Virus record (IMG/VR): IMGVR_UViG_3300050343_000216
Location: 1 to 64,000 of that record
Strand: one strand, 5' to 3'
DNA: 64,000 nt
From: a virus
Positions 1 through 7,740 of the stretch are shown in pieces; positions within the stretch are counted from its first letter, which is position 1; each line of letters opens with the position of its first letter. The position numbers and the translations under genes were made by a program. Below the pieces are notes generated by a model that did no database searches, was not told the origin of the DNA, and worked only from the letters and a program-made list of their open reading frames with translations.

Positions 1-379
1 TTTCTTCATCGACCACGGCTATATTGACGTAGAAGAAAATGTGGAATAAAATAGTAAATTGGTGGTTGACACTAATAAAAGAAGAGTTTGAACTTACAGT
101 ATATTTTCTAGGTAAAATAGTAGAAGATGATAACGGAACAAAGAAATAACTACAGACCCTCAAACTTACCGTTGTAAAGCAATTAAAAAACTAACACCAA
201 CTCATATGATATTTATTGACCTCGATGGGCGAAAGCACGAGGTTAAAGTCGTTAATCCAGTAGGATATGAGCTAACAAAGATTTATTAGAGTCCGATCTC
301 TATAACTCGGTAACTAAGAACAGAGAATGCCGAAAGGGTTTCATAGTTGCGTACCGAATGGGCGCATAGGAGAAACAAA

Positions 380-799
380 ATGACAAAGCAAATGAACATT
401 AGTGATTTTCACAAATTCTTTTTAGGGTTCGATCGTATTGACCCTGATTTCTTTTCAAATGCCCCTATGACAGGGTATCCTCGATATAACGTATTGAAAG
501 TAGGAACAGAAGGCTATCGTGTAGAAGTCGCTGTACCTGGCTGGGAAAAGGACGATATCGAGATTACATTTGATAAGAATGAACTTCGTATTGAAGGTGT
601 AGCAAAGCAAGAAGTTTCAGACGAAGAAGAGTTTGTATATAAAGGTTTGAGTGGTAAAACTTTTACCAGAGTATTTAAAGTAGGATCAAACATTAAACTT
701 GATACTGCATACATGAAGAACGGACTTCTGTGTGTAGAGCTATATCAAGAGGTGCCCGAGGAGTCGAAGGCAAAGGTGGTAGAAATACATGATGCCTGA
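380..799 (+). CDS. hsp20: Small heat-shock protein (Hsp20/IbpA family)
   Basis: Alpha-crystallin motifs YPRYNV, YRVEVAVPGW, F.R.F, NGLL. ATG at 380 follows an AGGAGA RBS; the ORF track starts at 347. Confidence 0.93.
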   Translation: MTKQMNISDFHKFFLGFDRIDPDFFSNAPMTGYPRYNVLKVGTEGYRVEVAVPGWEKDDIEITFDKNELRIEGVAKQEVSDEEEFVYKGLSGKTFTRVFKVGSNIKLDTAYMKNGLLCVELYQEVPEESKAKVVEIHDA

Positions 800-899
800 G
801 ACCAAAAAACTCTTTCGACCTTTAAATACTTATGGAATCTATCTATTAAGTCTGTGGACGACCTGCACGTTAGTATTGTGCGTGGCATCCCTAGTATGA
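792..899 (+). CDS. Micro-ORF (35 aa) with one hydrophobic segment
   Basis: Read manually as MPETKKLFRPLNTYGIYLLSLWTTCTLVLCVASLV; overlaps the hsp20 stop and ends just before a terminator. Confidence 0.45.
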   Translation: MPETKKLFRPLNTYGIYLLSLWTTCTLVLCVASLV

Positions 900-906
900 C
901 TAGTCC

Positions 907-935
907 CTGCCCGAAGGAAACTTTGGGCAGTTTTT
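907..935 (+). terminator. Rho-independent terminator
   Basis: CTGCCCGAAG-GAAA-CTTTGGGCAG followed by TTTTT. Confidence 0.8.
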
Positions 936-945
936 AGGAACATAA

Positions 946-1338
946 ATGCCCTATTTAATTATTTTAATGCTTGTAGGTTCAATGGGCGGTGGAGCATTGT
1001 GGTACTATAAAGATACCCAAAGCACTATCGCAACACTACGAGATAACAATAGTAAACTTATGATGGTTGCAGAAACAAATCAAGAAACCATCAATTCAAT
1101 GGCTCGTGATTATCAATTAGCTCAAGAAAATATGTTAGTATTACAAGAAAGAGCTAAAGAAGCTGAAGAGTACCAAGATGAGTTAGCTTCTAAATTACGC
1201 CGTCACGACCTTACAGCCCTGACCTTGCAAAAACCAGGTCTTATCGAAAAGAGAGTTAATAATGCTACAGCTAAAATCTTTGATCAGCTCGAAGCCGATT
1301 CTGGCAAGCAGCCTACTATTACCGATAGCCCTAAGTAG
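946..1338 (+). CDS. Putative inner-membrane spanin (Rz-like)
   Basis: N-terminal TM helix, then a coiled coil with KPGLIEKRVN; overlaps a downstream lipoprotein gene. Confidence 0.7.
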   Translation: MPYLIILMLVGSMGGGALWYYKDTQSTIATLRDNNSKLMMVAETNQETINSMARDYQLAQENMLVLQERAKEAEEYQDELASKLRRHDLTALTLQKPGLIEKRVNNATAKIFDQLEADSGKQPTITDSPK

Positions 1339-1708
1339 TGGCTGTGCAAGTATTGAACCAGAAGTAGTTGTAAAGACGGATTATGTTGTAAAAGACATTC
1401 CGATACAACCACAACCAAAACCCCTTAATCTACATAGGGTTAAGTTCTATGCTGTAACACCTGAGAATATCGACGACTTTCTATTAAAGTTCGAGGAAGA
1501 AGCAGGTGTTAATGTATTCTTTGCTTTAAGTGTACCAGACTATGAGAATATGTCACTAAACGTAGCAGAGTTACGAAGATACATCAACCAACAAAAAGCA
1601 GTAATTTTATACTATGAAGACAGTATAAATACAATGATTCGAGAGACTCCAGAGGATAGTGAAGAAGTAGTCCAAGAAGGAACTCTCAATAAGCTATTAG
1701 AGTGGTAA
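1262..1708 (+). CDS. Putative outer-membrane spanin lipoprotein (Rz1-like)
   Basis: Lipobox LSSGC, Pro-rich segment, overlap with the i-spanin. Confidence 0.7.
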   Translation: MLQLKSLISSKPILASSLLLPIALSSGCASIEPEVVVKTDYVVKDIPIQPQPKPLNLHRVKFYAVTPENIDDFLLKFEEEAGVNVFFALSVPDYENMSLNVAELRRYINQQKAVILYYEDSINTMIRETPEDSEEVVQEGTLNKLLEW

Positions 1709-1712
1709 TACT

Positions 1713-1802
1713 ATGGAACTGATTGGAATTTTATGTATAATGATGTTGCCTCTTATAGCAGGTGGGATAACTTTTATATTAAGTGCAAAGGTAACAGAAT
1801 GA
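1713..1802 (+). CDS. Micro-ORF (29 aa) single-TM peptide
   Basis: MELIGILCIMMLPLIAGGITFILSAKVTE; ATGA overlap with the next micro-ORF. Confidence 0.5.
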   Translation: MELIGILCIMMLPLIAGGITFILSAKVTE

Positions 1803-1891
1803 CAGTGGCAGATGGTTTTTTAATTTTTTGGATGGTAATAGTACCAATTATGATGGCAGCAATGGCATATGGCGACAGAAAACCATCTTAA
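1799..1891 (+). CDS. Micro-ORF (30 aa) single-TM peptide
   Basis: MTVADGFLIFWMVIVPIMMAAMAYGDRKPS; translationally coupled to the previous ORF. Confidence 0.5.
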   Translation: MTVADGFLIFWMVIVPIMMAAMAYGDRKPS

Positions 1892-2024
1892 GGAGGTAGA
1901 TAAAACGTACCTCCAACATTTGTTAGGGGCCTGGAAAGTAGCATTTATACTACTTGTACACGGGCTTCTACCAAATGTATGGACTCATACAGCCAGTGAG
2001 ATGCTTAATGATGACACAGACTGA
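1869..2024 (+). CDS. Small His-containing membrane protein, DUF6356-like (51 aa)
   Basis: MATENHLKEVDKTYLQHLLGAWKVAFILLVHGLLPNVWTHTASEMLNDDTD; pattern HL..V..TY.QH...H..LP...TAS. Missed by the ORF track. Confidence 0.6.
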   Translation: MATENHLKEVDKTYLQHLLGAWKVAFILLVHGLLPNVWTHTASEMLNDDTD

Positions 2025-2589
2025 CTACTTTGCAAAGTCTATGACAAAGTTCTTTCGTTTCTTTGCAGATACATTCTTCGCAAAACGATACGGACATAGA
2101 GCAGTTGTTCTAGAAACAGTAGCAGGCGTTCCGGGAATGATAGCAGGAATGTTAGTGCATTTAAAAAGTTTAAGAACACATAAGAGAGGCTATGGGCCTA
2201 TCATACGAAGACTACTTGCAGAAGCAGAAAATGAGCGTATGCACCTTATGTTTTTTATCGAGATCGTAGAACCCAGCAAGCTGGAGCGGGGTCTCATCAT
2301 ACTGGCACAATTTTTATTCTGGCACTTTTACTTAGTAATGTATCTAATCTCTCCTCGCACAGCTCATATGATGACACATTATTTTGAGGAGGAAGCAGTA
2401 AAAAGTTACACAGAGTATTTAAGTTTAATAGAAAGTGGGCAAATTGAAAATGTCCCTGCACCAACTCTAGCCATAGAATACTACGGACTAGATGCAGATG
2501 CAAACCTATCTACTATGATAGAACGTATTCGCGCTGATGAAGCACATCACAGCAAAGTAAATTTGGAGTATGCCAATGTACTCAGATAA
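2008..2589 (+). CDS. aox: Alternative oxidase (ubiquinol oxidase, di-iron carboxylate)
   Basis: All four AOX iron-binding motifs: LETVA, NERMHL, FEEEA, RADEAHH. Likely start ATG 2008/2011. Confidence 0.95.
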   Translation: MMTQTDYFAKSMTKFFRFFADTFFAKRYGHRAVVLETVAGVPGMIAGMLVHLKSLRTHKRGYGPIIRRLLAEAENERMHLMFFIEIVEPSKLERGLIILAQFLFWHFYLVMYLISPRTAHMMTHYFEEEAVKSYTEYLSLIESGQIENVPAPTLAIEYYGLDADANLSTMIERIRADEAHHSKVNLEYANVLR

Positions 2590-2977
2590 GGTACTAGATC
2601 ATTATGAAAATCCCAGGAATGTCGGAAAACTTGACAAAAATGATGAAGATGTCGGAACGGGCCTCACAGGTGCTCCAGCATGTGGAGATGTCATGCAACT
2701 TCAAATCAGAGTATCGCCCGACGGAGTTATTGAAGATGCTAAATTCAAGACTTACGGATGCGGCAGTGCTATTGCTTCTTCATCACTACTCACTGAATGG
2801 GTTCGAGGAAAGTCCCTTGACGAGGCAGGAGAAATCAGCAATGTCCAAATTGCTCAAGAACTATCACTCCCGCCTGTAAAGATACATTGTAGCGTGCTGG
2901 CCGAAGACGCGATTAAAGCCGCAATTGCGGACTATAGGAGTAAACATGAAAGGAACTACTATGAAAAACAGAACTAA
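2570..2977 (+). CDS. iscU: Fe-S cluster scaffold IscU
   Basis: YSDKVLDHYENPRNVG, GAPACGDVM, FKTYGCGSAIAS, LPPVKIHCS: three Cys ligands plus the HscA-binding LPPVK motif. Confidence 0.97.
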   Translation: MPMYSDKVLDHYENPRNVGKLDKNDEDVGTGLTGAPACGDVMQLQIRVSPDGVIEDAKFKTYGCGSAIASSSLLTEWVRGKSLDEAGEISNVQIAQELSLPPVKIHCSVLAEDAIKAAIADYRSKHERNYYEKQN

Positions 2978-3686
2978 ACTCGGCGCTCTTGCGCTGTCCA
3001 CCGCTCTCGCCTGTGCGTTCGCATCGACCGCTCATGCAGGGGAATGGTCCGCAAATGCTTCGATGACCAGTAATTACATCTGGCGAGGGCTTACACAGAC
3101 AGAAAATGAAGCAGCCGTGCAGGGCGGTATTGATTACGCCTCGGACAGCGGCTTTTACATTGGCACCTGGGCTTCCAATGTGAACTATGGCCCGTCCGAT
3201 GTTTACTCTTACGAGCACGACGTATACGCAGGGTTTGCTTTTGATACCGGCGCGGTTAGCTGGGATGTGGGTTACCTCTATTACAACTACGACAAAGAAG
3301 CCAACTTCGACTTTGGCGAGGTTTATGTGGGCGCGGGTATTGGTGATTTCAGTGCAAAGTTTAACGTGCTGGCCAATACCGAAGCAGACGAGGCTGAGGG
3401 GCAGGATTTTGGGTTCGGCGAAGCCTATTACCTCTCATTGGACTATGGTTTTGAAGTCGGCGACGGTGTCGGTATTGGCCTGCACGTAGGACATCACGAT
3501 GGCGATTTTGCTGAAGCTTTTAACGGCAATGCTGAGGGTTATTACGATTACAACGTAACGGTCTCAAAGGGCGGCTTCACTTTTATGATTTCCGATACTG
3601 ATGTAAAAGGTGGAGCTGCAGAGGGTGGATACGACAACGATCAGATCAAATTTGTCGTCTCATACGCTGTTGATATCGCGCTCTGA
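2961..3686 (+). CDS. TorF-family (TIGR02001-like) putative outer-membrane porin
   Basis: Signal peptide ending AHA; SNYIWRGLTQT..AVQGGIDY..SGFYIGTWASNV; alternating beta strands; visibly higher GC than its neighbours. Confidence 0.85.
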   Translation: MKNRTKLGALALSTALACAFASTAHAGEWSANASMTSNYIWRGLTQTENEAAVQGGIDYASDSGFYIGTWASNVNYGPSDVYSYEHDVYAGFAFDTGAVSWDVGYLYYNYDKEANFDFGEVYVGAGIGDFSAKFNVLANTEADEAEGQDFGFGEAYYLSLDYGFEVGDGVGIGLHVGHHDGDFAEAFNGNAEGYYDYNVTVSKGGFTFMISDTDVKGGAAEGGYDNDQIKFVVSYAVDIAL

Positions 3687-3730
3687 AGGTGTGCGGTGAG
3701 AGCTTTAATATATAAGGCTAGGAAGATAGA

Positions 3731-4171
3731 ATGAATCGTGAAAGATTGTATGAAGAAATTAAAGCAGATGAAGGAGAAGTTCTTGAAATTTATAACGACC
3801 ACTTGGGCTACCCTACTTTCGGTGTCGGACACTTGGTCACGACAGAAGATGAAGAGCATGGAAAGCCTACCGGCACTCCCATTACGGCACAACGATCCAG
3901 GGAGTGCTTCGATAACGATGTTGTCACTGCCATTAAGGACTGCGAACGATTATACGGACAATGGCACAATTGGCCGGAAGAGGTGCAATTAGTAGTAGTA
4001 AATATGGCATTTAATCTGGGCGCTACGCGTCTTGCAAAATTTGTGAATTTTAAAAATATGCTGTCTCAAGGAAAGTGGAAAGAGGCAGCAGTAGAAGGTC
4101 GAGACTCTTTATGGTATCGACAAGTTACAAACCGAGCCGAGCGGCTCATGCGGAGATTAGAAGAAGTTTAG
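3731..4171 (+). CDS. Endolysin, T4-lysozyme-like (GH24)
   Basis: DEG...IYNDHLGYPTFGVGHL; NMAFNLG; DSLWYRQVTNRAERL. Confidence 0.9.
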   Translation: MNRERLYEEIKADEGEVLEIYNDHLGYPTFGVGHLVTTEDEEHGKPTGTPITAQRSRECFDNDVVTAIKDCERLYGQWHNWPEEVQLVVVNMAFNLGATRLAKFVNFKNMLSQGKWKEAAVEGRDSLWYRQVTNRAERLMRRLEEV

Positions 4172-4188
4172 TCTCCTTAGGAGAGAGA

Positions 4189-4593
4189 ATGAAGTATTTA
4201 CTAGGTCTGTTGGCTATTCTACCTATTTGTGTAGCTGCAGGAACTGTAATTAATTATGATGACGGCTCTACTTTAACACTTGAAGATAGCGAAAAGATTC
4301 ATGTAACAAAAGATACGCTATACCGTCAACAGAACTATAACAACGGAAGGACTATTCAATTCAAAGTATTCCCTGAAACTACTCGACGGGATTATGTAGA
4401 AATTGATAACGGTACAGATGACGACATGACCGTTGGTTCTCACGAATGGTGTAAAGCCTATGTACCTTGGTCAGAGGGTCTAACGTTTACTCAAGTCGCT
4501 TGGCAACGAGCCTGTGATACTAACAATAACGGCGTTTATGGCTGTGGGGACACAGGATACGATGCCTCTGATGATGCAGGAGTCTGCAACTAA
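4189..4593 (+). CDS. Exported protein of unknown function
   Basis: Signal peptide MKYLLGLLAILPICVAA after AGGAGAG; C-terminal Cys and a DTNNNG Ca-binding-like motif. Confidence 0.7.
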   Translation: MKYLLGLLAILPICVAAGTVINYDDGSTLTLEDSEKIHVTKDTLYRQQNYNNGRTIQFKVFPETTRRDYVEIDNGTDDDMTVGSHEWCKAYVPWSEGLTFTQVAWQRACDTNNNGVYGCGDTGYDASDDAGVCN

Positions 4594-4594
4594 T

Positions 4595-4795
4595 ATGAAA
4601 GATTACATGGTTACTTTCGAAAAAAATGGATATAAAAAATATACAAGATTCAGTGAGTTTGATAGCGCAATAAATTTTGCAGAGCACATGGCAATAGTTT
4701 ATCATTCATCTGTAGAGGTACGAACGTACACTACTGATGAACTTGTACATAGTGTAGACGCTAAAATAACTCTTGACAAAGAGCTTGTAGTTTAG
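4595..4795 (+). CDS. Hypothetical protein
   Basis: ATG immediately after the upstream stop; ORF in the track. Confidence 0.55.
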   Translation: MKDYMVTFEKNGYKKYTRFSEFDSAINFAEHMAIVYHSSVEVRTYTTDELVHSVDAKITLDKELVV

Positions 4796-4801
4796 TATAA
4801 T
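4773..4801 (+). promoter_or_regulatory. Sigma70 promoter
   Basis: TTGACA-17 bp-TATAAT preceded by AAAATAACTC. Confidence 0.88.
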
Positions 4802-4823
4802 ATATAAAATTTTCGGAGTAACC

Positions 4824-5420
4824 ATGAATTTATTTTACCTTGACGAAAATCTCGACAAGTGTGCAGAAGCCCATGTCGATAAACATATTGTAAAAATGCC
4901 TTTGGAAGTTGCACAGATACTATGTACTTGTATCTGGATAGACAATCTCCTGGGGTTTGTTCCTCGCGCTCTTACCAAAGAAGAGAATGCTATCCTGAAT
5001 GAAGCCAAAGCTCCAGAGAAGCCTCTTAAACCTGAAGAGCGTACTGTTACTCCGTACCTGCCGATGATGTACAATCATCCTTGCACAATTTGGGCGAGAA
5101 GCTCACTCGATAATTTCGAGTGGACTCATTGTTATGGAAACGCACTTGGAGAAGAATACAGATATAGATATGGAAAACAACACAAATCAGTTACAGTTAT
5201 CAATGAATTACCCGAGCCAAAGCATTTTGAACGAGTGGGGTTCACCACGTTCGGACTTGCGATGCCTGAAATCCTCAAAGACTATGACAACCCTATACAG
5301 TCTTATCGTGACTACTATCATCTCGATAAGGCTACTTTTGCCGCTTGGTCTCACAGACCAGCTCCCAGTTGGTGGGATGAGTCTCTTGCTGACTATGAAC
5401 AGAGGATCACAGCGAAATGA
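4824..5420 (+). CDS. Pyrimidine-dimer DNA glycosylase/endonuclease V-like protein
   Basis: MNLFYLD...HVDKHIVKMPLEVAQILCT; NHPCTIWAR; EYRYRYGKQHKS; SYRDYY. Confidence 0.8.
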   Translation: MNLFYLDENLDKCAEAHVDKHIVKMPLEVAQILCTCIWIDNLLGFVPRALTKEENAILNEAKAPEKPLKPEERTVTPYLPMMYNHPCTIWARSSLDNFEWTHCYGNALGEEYRYRYGKQHKSVTVINELPEPKHFERVGFTTFGLAMPEILKDYDNPIQSYRDYYHLDKATFAAWSHRPAPSWWDESLADYEQRITAK

Positions 5421-5578
5421 GCGATGATGTATGCCCAAAGTGTGGTGAGTTTCTAACAGGAGATGGGTATAGTAATGGAGATCCTGTACGATGCCCTAAC
5501 GCTTTAGAAGAAGATTGGTGGTATAGTGAACCAGATAGTGGGCCTTGGTACTGTAATTTTGAAGAGGAAGAAGAATGA
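5417..5578 (+). CDS. Small Cys-rich acidic protein (53 aa)
   Basis: MSDDVCPKCGEFLTGDGYSNGDPVRCPNALEEDWWYSEPDSGPWYCNFEEEEE; ATGA overlaps on both sides. Confidence 0.65.
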   Translation: MSDDVCPKCGEFLTGDGYSNGDPVRCPNALEEDWWYSEPDSGPWYCNFEEEEE

Positions 5579-5925
5579 CAGATAGTGTAAACAAGCCTCC
5601 GCATTATACAGCACACCCAAGCGGAGTAGAGTGTATACAAATTACAGAGCACATGAACTTCTGCCTGGGTAACGCTACAAAGTATATATGGCGAGCAGGA
5701 CTTAAACAGAATGAAGTAGAAGACCTAAAGAAAGCTGTGTGGTATATTAACAGAGAAATAGAGAGGATTGAGAATGGTCAAGAAGAGAGACTACGAGAAC
5801 CTAAGCCCCGAGAACGTACAGAAAGTGAAAGACCTTCTAAACCCTTCGGACGGATCGAAGGCGATAACAAAGAAAGAGGCTTGCGGAATCCTGAATATTT
5901 CGTACAATACAGCGAGACTCTCTAA
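5575..5925 (+). CDS. DUF3310 family protein (T7 gp1.7 nucleotide kinase-like)
   Basis: DSVNKPPHY, ECIQI, FCLGNATKYIWRAGLK, EDLKKAVWYI. Confidence 0.85.
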   Translation: MTDSVNKPPHYTAHPSGVECIQITEHMNFCLGNATKYIWRAGLKQNEVEDLKKAVWYINREIERIENGQEERLREPKPRERTESERPSKPFGRIEGDNKERGLRNPEYFVQYSETL

Positions 5926-6484
5926 GATTATAGAGGACTATGATGAAAGAACCGCATATGTACAACTACGAAAATCTCAAAATAGAGGTAAAGGCGCCAG
6001 CGAAATGGAAATCGCAGAGGTCATTCGAGATTACTTATCGGGGGATTCAATTGCAGCCATCGCCAAGTCTTTATACAGATCCTCCGGATTTGTCAAATCC
6101 ATTGTGGAAAGAGTCGGTATCCCTAGTCGAGGCGTATCTAAAGAAGAACGGACTGAAGTAGGATACCTACCTGAAGAGTGTATAGCAGAAGATTTCAAAG
6201 TTGGACAAATTGTATGGTCTGCTAGGCATCATGCTCCTGCAGAAATTTGTCAAGAGCTTTCAATACACTATCAAGCAGAACGTGCTGGGTTTAAAGATAC
6301 AAACTATGAAAAGAAGTATGGTGCAAAATGCTATACAATATGGGTAAGAGAGCCTTTCGATACTGACAGAGAGTTCTGGATTAGTGGTATAGAGACTGGA
6401 GGATTCTTTGCAAGTTCTCTAGCGTATGACCTGGGTTCCCTAGAGCATTTAGAAAAATACGGAGTTGACTTCTCACGTTTATAA
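5774..6484 (+). CDS. T5 D2-like DNA-binding protein
   Basis: ITKKEACGILNISYNTARL HTH-like segment; position upstream of D3, ligase and D5 as in T5. Confidence 0.7.
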   Translation: MVKKRDYENLSPENVQKVKDLLNPSDGSKAITKKEACGILNISYNTARLSKIIEDYDERTAYVQLRKSQNRGKGASEMEIAEVIRDYLSGDSIAAIAKSLYRSSGFVKSIVERVGIPSRGVSKEERTEVGYLPEECIAEDFKVGQIVWSARHHAPAEICQELSIHYQAERAGFKDTNYEKKYGAKCYTIWVREPFDTDREFWISGIETGGFFASSLAYDLGSLEHLEKYGVDFSRL

Positions 6485-6493
6485 AAATATTTC

Positions 6494-6522
6494 TTGACAA
6501 CTTCCTTATATTGAAGTATAAT
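6494..6522 (+). promoter_or_regulatory. Sigma70 promoter
   Basis: TTGACA-17-TATAAT preceded by AAAAATATTTC. Confidence 0.88.
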
Positions 6523-6547
6523 ATAATTTCAAAAGTGAGGGAACCAA

Positions 6548-6993
6548 TGGGCGACCGATTTTATCAACAACAACTTAACCGCTTGGGTACTTGCCCAGGT
6601 TCAAAACAACCAAAGAGGAAACGAAGAATGGCATGGGATGACGACAAGAAGGCTCAGGCAGTATCAATGTATGAAGAGCAAGAGCCTACCCCCGAAACTA
6701 GCATGGAGATTGTCAAAGCAATCGCAGAAGACCTAGAAGAATCTCCAAATGGCGTTCGTATGATTCTTACCAAAGCTGGCGTATACGTTAAGAAAACCCC
6801 TGCAGCCGGTGGAGCTACTAAAGCTGCTGGCGGTACTGGAGGCGGTCGAGTATCAAAAGCTGCTGCTCAAGAAGCCTTGATTGCTGCACTCTCAGACGCT
6901 GGACAAGAAGTAGACGAAGACGTAGTTTCAAAACTAACTGGTAAAGCCGCTCAATACTTTACTGGAGTTATTGGTAACGTAGCCAGTAACTAA
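6548..6993 (+). CDS. T5 D3-like protein
   Basis: MAWDDDKK...ETSMEIVKAIAE...SPNGVRMILTKAGVYVKK. Start is approximate: near 6548 or at 6628. Confidence 0.7.
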
Positions 6994-7006
6994 TTAATTT
7001 TTACTT

Positions 7007-7035
7007 AAACCACTCTCTTAGCGGAGAGTGGTTTT
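7007..7035 (+). terminator. Rho-independent terminator
   Basis: AAACCACTCTC-loop-GAGAGTGGTTTT after D3. Confidence 0.8.
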
Positions 7036-7109
7036 CTGCTATCTGGAAAAAGAACCTTAGAGTTCGGCAAAGTAAAAAATTTTACTGACCTGCTACCTAA
7101 GGAGTACTT

Positions 7110-7376
7110 GTGAAAAAAGAAGATCTAGCAGACCTTGTAAAGGATTGCGGTGACGCAATAATTACTTATCGGAGTGAAAACTCAAATAAGTTAAAGTATA
7201 ATGTATGTACCCTGGATTTTTCCACTCCGTATATACAAGACAAGAAGAACAGAGCCAAAGAATCTGATAGCACTTTGCTATTATTTTGCTGGGATACTGA
7301 TTCTTATCGTCTACTAAAACCAGAGAATGTTACTAGTGTAATACCTCTTGCTTCCGTTTTGCAGAATGAGAGGTAG
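7110..7376 (+). CDS. Small protein, possible SH3/WYL_2-like fold
   Basis: GTG start after AAGGAG; the FCWDTDSYR..K.ENV motif resembles DUF2693/WYL_2. Confidence 0.6.
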   Translation: MKKEDLADLVKDCGDAIITYRSENSNKLKYNVCTLDFSTPYIQDKKNRAKESDSTLLLFCWDTDSYRLLKPENVTSVIPLASVLQNER

Positions 7377-7381
7377 TATCT

Positions 7382-7684
7382 ATGTTACTACATGAAGCTC
7401 CAGAAATGTATGAAAAAGTCATTCACTACGATGAAGACAAAGAAGTACAAGTACGGCTCACTGTAAGTGCCTTTAGGGGTGTAGAATATTTACATCTTCG
7501 TAAATACTATTTAGATTTTAACGAAGAATGGAAACCTACACCAGAAGGAGTAGCTATGCCACTAGACTTCAACAACTCTAGGGAACTATTTGTTGGTCTA
7601 ACTGAAATACTATCTCTAGCTGAGAGCAAAGAGATAATAGAAGAGCAGTTCCAGGACCTGATAGATAACCTTTACTTAAAATAG
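7382..7684 (+). CDS. PC4/transcriptional coactivator p15-like ssDNA-binding protein
   Basis: VSAFRGVEYLHLRKYY...EWKPTPEGVAM. Confidence 0.8.
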   Translation: MLLHEAPEMYEKVIHYDEDKEVQVRLTVSAFRGVEYLHLRKYYLDFNEEWKPTPEGVAMPLDFNNSRELFVGLTEILSLAESKEIIEEQFQDLIDNLYLK

Positions 7685-7687
7685 TTC

Positions 7688-7716
7688 TTGACAATTTCCT
7701 AAAACTTTAGTATAAT
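7688..7716 (+). promoter_or_regulatory. Sigma70 promoter
   Basis: TTGACA-17-TATAAT preceded by AAAATAGTTC. Confidence 0.88.
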
Positions 7717-7740
7717 ATCTTTTCAAATTTGGGAGATAGT

